Of a stretch of 64,000 bases of DNA, positions 62,277 through 64,000 are shown piece by piece. The DNA comes from Trichoplax adhaerens (lineage: Eukaryota > Animalia > Placozoa): positions 8,130,066 through 8,194,065 of the forward strand of contig NW_002060943.1 of NCBI RefSeq assembly GCF_000150275.1, written 5' to 3'. Every line of letters begins with the position of its first letter. The first letter of the stretch is position 1. The notes under the pieces are model-generated. The model saw only the letters and a list, made by a program, of their open reading frames with translations. It did no database searches and was not told the DNA's origin. The position numbers were made by a program, and so were the translations under genes.

Positions 62277-64000
62277 ATGTCTGATGAAGGAGATATTGGT
62301 ATCCAATTAAATAGTTCATTGCACGAACTAGACCATAAAGTGCAAAAGGTAATAGAGGAAAATCAAGGTATACTTCAAAACCTCAATGTCATGATGAATA
62401 ATAAAGAAATCTCGCGGCTACATCAACAACTGAAAACCGCTGTTAGTAGTAGTTCTGGCCTACTAGAAGCTTTACAACCCGTCTCGGATATTGTACAAAA
62501 ATATGAACGAGAGGTTAGTAGAAAATTGACGACGTTGGATTATCCTCAAGATCTTACTGAGGCTAGGAGACGGCTTGATCAAGAAAGGGAAGAATGGGAA
62601 AAGGAAGTCGAAATTCAAAGAAAGGAACTTAAGAATGCCTATCGAGAAGTTGAAGAAGCTAGGAGCAGCATTAATACTATAGGACGTGAGTTAGCAGCAC
62701 AAAGAATTGCGTTAGAGGAAGAAAGGTTATCTAAAATCAACGGTAAGATATTGATTTATGATAATTTTGTCATACAGTAATTTGCGAAACTTAGCCATAA
62801 TAAGCCAGACTGATAGATAATAATATACTATGGTAGTTGTACCTTATATTATGCTATTGTGTATAGCGAATAGTAGGGTAACAATTAGTCATGCTAAAAC
62901 ATTATAATCATTAAAATGGTAAAAATTAAATGCCTTTCAATTTCTTTCCTTAATATTAATATTTCTATTTAAAAAATTATATATAGGAACGATTCAGATA
63001 TTACGAGAAAGTGATAGTGAAAAATTGCAATATCATTTGAAGCAACAAATGCTTAAAAATGTTAAGTTAGAAAAAGAAAAGATTAAAGTGGATTTTAAAC
63101 TGCAAGAAAAAATTGAAGCTTTAAAAATAGCAAATGTAACGATACAAAGATTGGATTCTGAAGTGATTCAATCTAGAGAAAGTACAGAGAAAATTGTAAA
63201 ACAATTTGAAAGGCAAACTGTTGAGGGTAATCACATACGCTAATTAAATTACTGCACTACGACTACTACTACTTAAATGATCCTTAGCTACTATCGATGT
63301 ACCAGTATTTATCGTGCATATATGAATGTACTCGTTGTTGTTAGCGCTATGGTTAAAGTCATTCTCTAAGTAATCATGCAATTATATCGCACAGTAAATG
63401 TCGGTATAGCCACTTTGTAGAATAATACTTATCTACATCGCTATAAAGATACCCACATTCTTTATCGTAGATTGGTCTTACTTTCTAATATTTATAAATT
63501 TGCCTTCAAAAATTGCTTGCTATAGGTAAATAACGATAAATTTTTGTATTTTATTTTTATTAATTAGCTAATAAACGATTAGCTGAAATGCAGCAAGAGT
63601 TGGAAAAAGCAAAAGAGAGAGCCTTGAGATTTCAAAAAATGCTCAAAAGTGAGAAATTGAAACAGATGGCACTAGAGGTGTGCAGCAATAGCGGAACAGC
63701 TTAATCGCAATTAAAGGCTATACTATACAAAGAATATTACGAGAATTTGTAGTTGATCAAGATAATAGTCTTCTACAAAATTAACTTGCAACCACAGTCA
63801 ATATCGTATTTAACCCAATCTTTATGTAGGCTGCGTTGGAGAAAGAAATACGTCTTAGAGAAGCTAGTATTACAGGACCTGAATTGTCGCCAAGGATGGA
63901 AAAAATGTATATATCTACAGTTAAGGATACTGTAGATCAAATTGCGCCTGTTACTATCCTCGGTACTACTACTGATGCTAATGAAATTAAAAAAAGAAGT
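62277..64000 (+). CDS. Coiled-coil protein of unknown identity, truncated by the window end
   Basis: Exons about 62277-62742, 62988-63226, 63568-63677 and 63830->64000 join in phase. The product is E/K/R/L/Q-rich with heptad character, and the last exon is open to the window edge. Confidence 0.85.

Noticed and set aside
1-64000. Transposase/reverse-transcriptase genes, tRNA or rRNA
   Set aside because: No such ORF, terminal repeat pair, cloverleaf or rRNA-like segment was recognised by eye; degenerate copies cannot be excluded without searches.

Overview
AT-rich eukaryotic (animal) genomic DNA with short GT-AG introns (mostly about 70-150 nt) and TTAGGG repeats. The compact gene structure, intronless class C GPCR expansion and gene set fit a placozoan such as Trichoplax; this is an inference, not an identification. 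Gene order: the 3' part of a DGAT2/MOGAT acyltransferase (+); three tandem intronless class C (CaSR/mGluR-like) GPCRs (+) separated by about 7 kb spacers holding diverged local tandem repeats; then a dense housekeeping block in head-to-head pairs: ECHS1(-)/KIN17(+), a possible orphan transcript(-)/TBL1-like(+), DOHH(-)/MRPL14(+), and two tandem DFR/CCR-like reductases(-)/a coiled-coil gene(+) running off the window end. Most notable: (1) an interstitial telomeric (CCCTAA)n array in the ECHS1/KIN17 divergent region, about 20 nt from a predicted ECHS1 5'-UTR splice donor; (2) palindromic ACTGT/TACAG arrays in all four head-to-head regions but not at the GPCR genes; (3) mosaic CaSR/mGluR ligand-pocket residues in the GPCRs; (4) a multi-hairpin KIN17 intron 1; (5) an RFX X-box upstream of the unknown coiled-coil gene. 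Exon boundaries were read by hand and may be off by a few bases.
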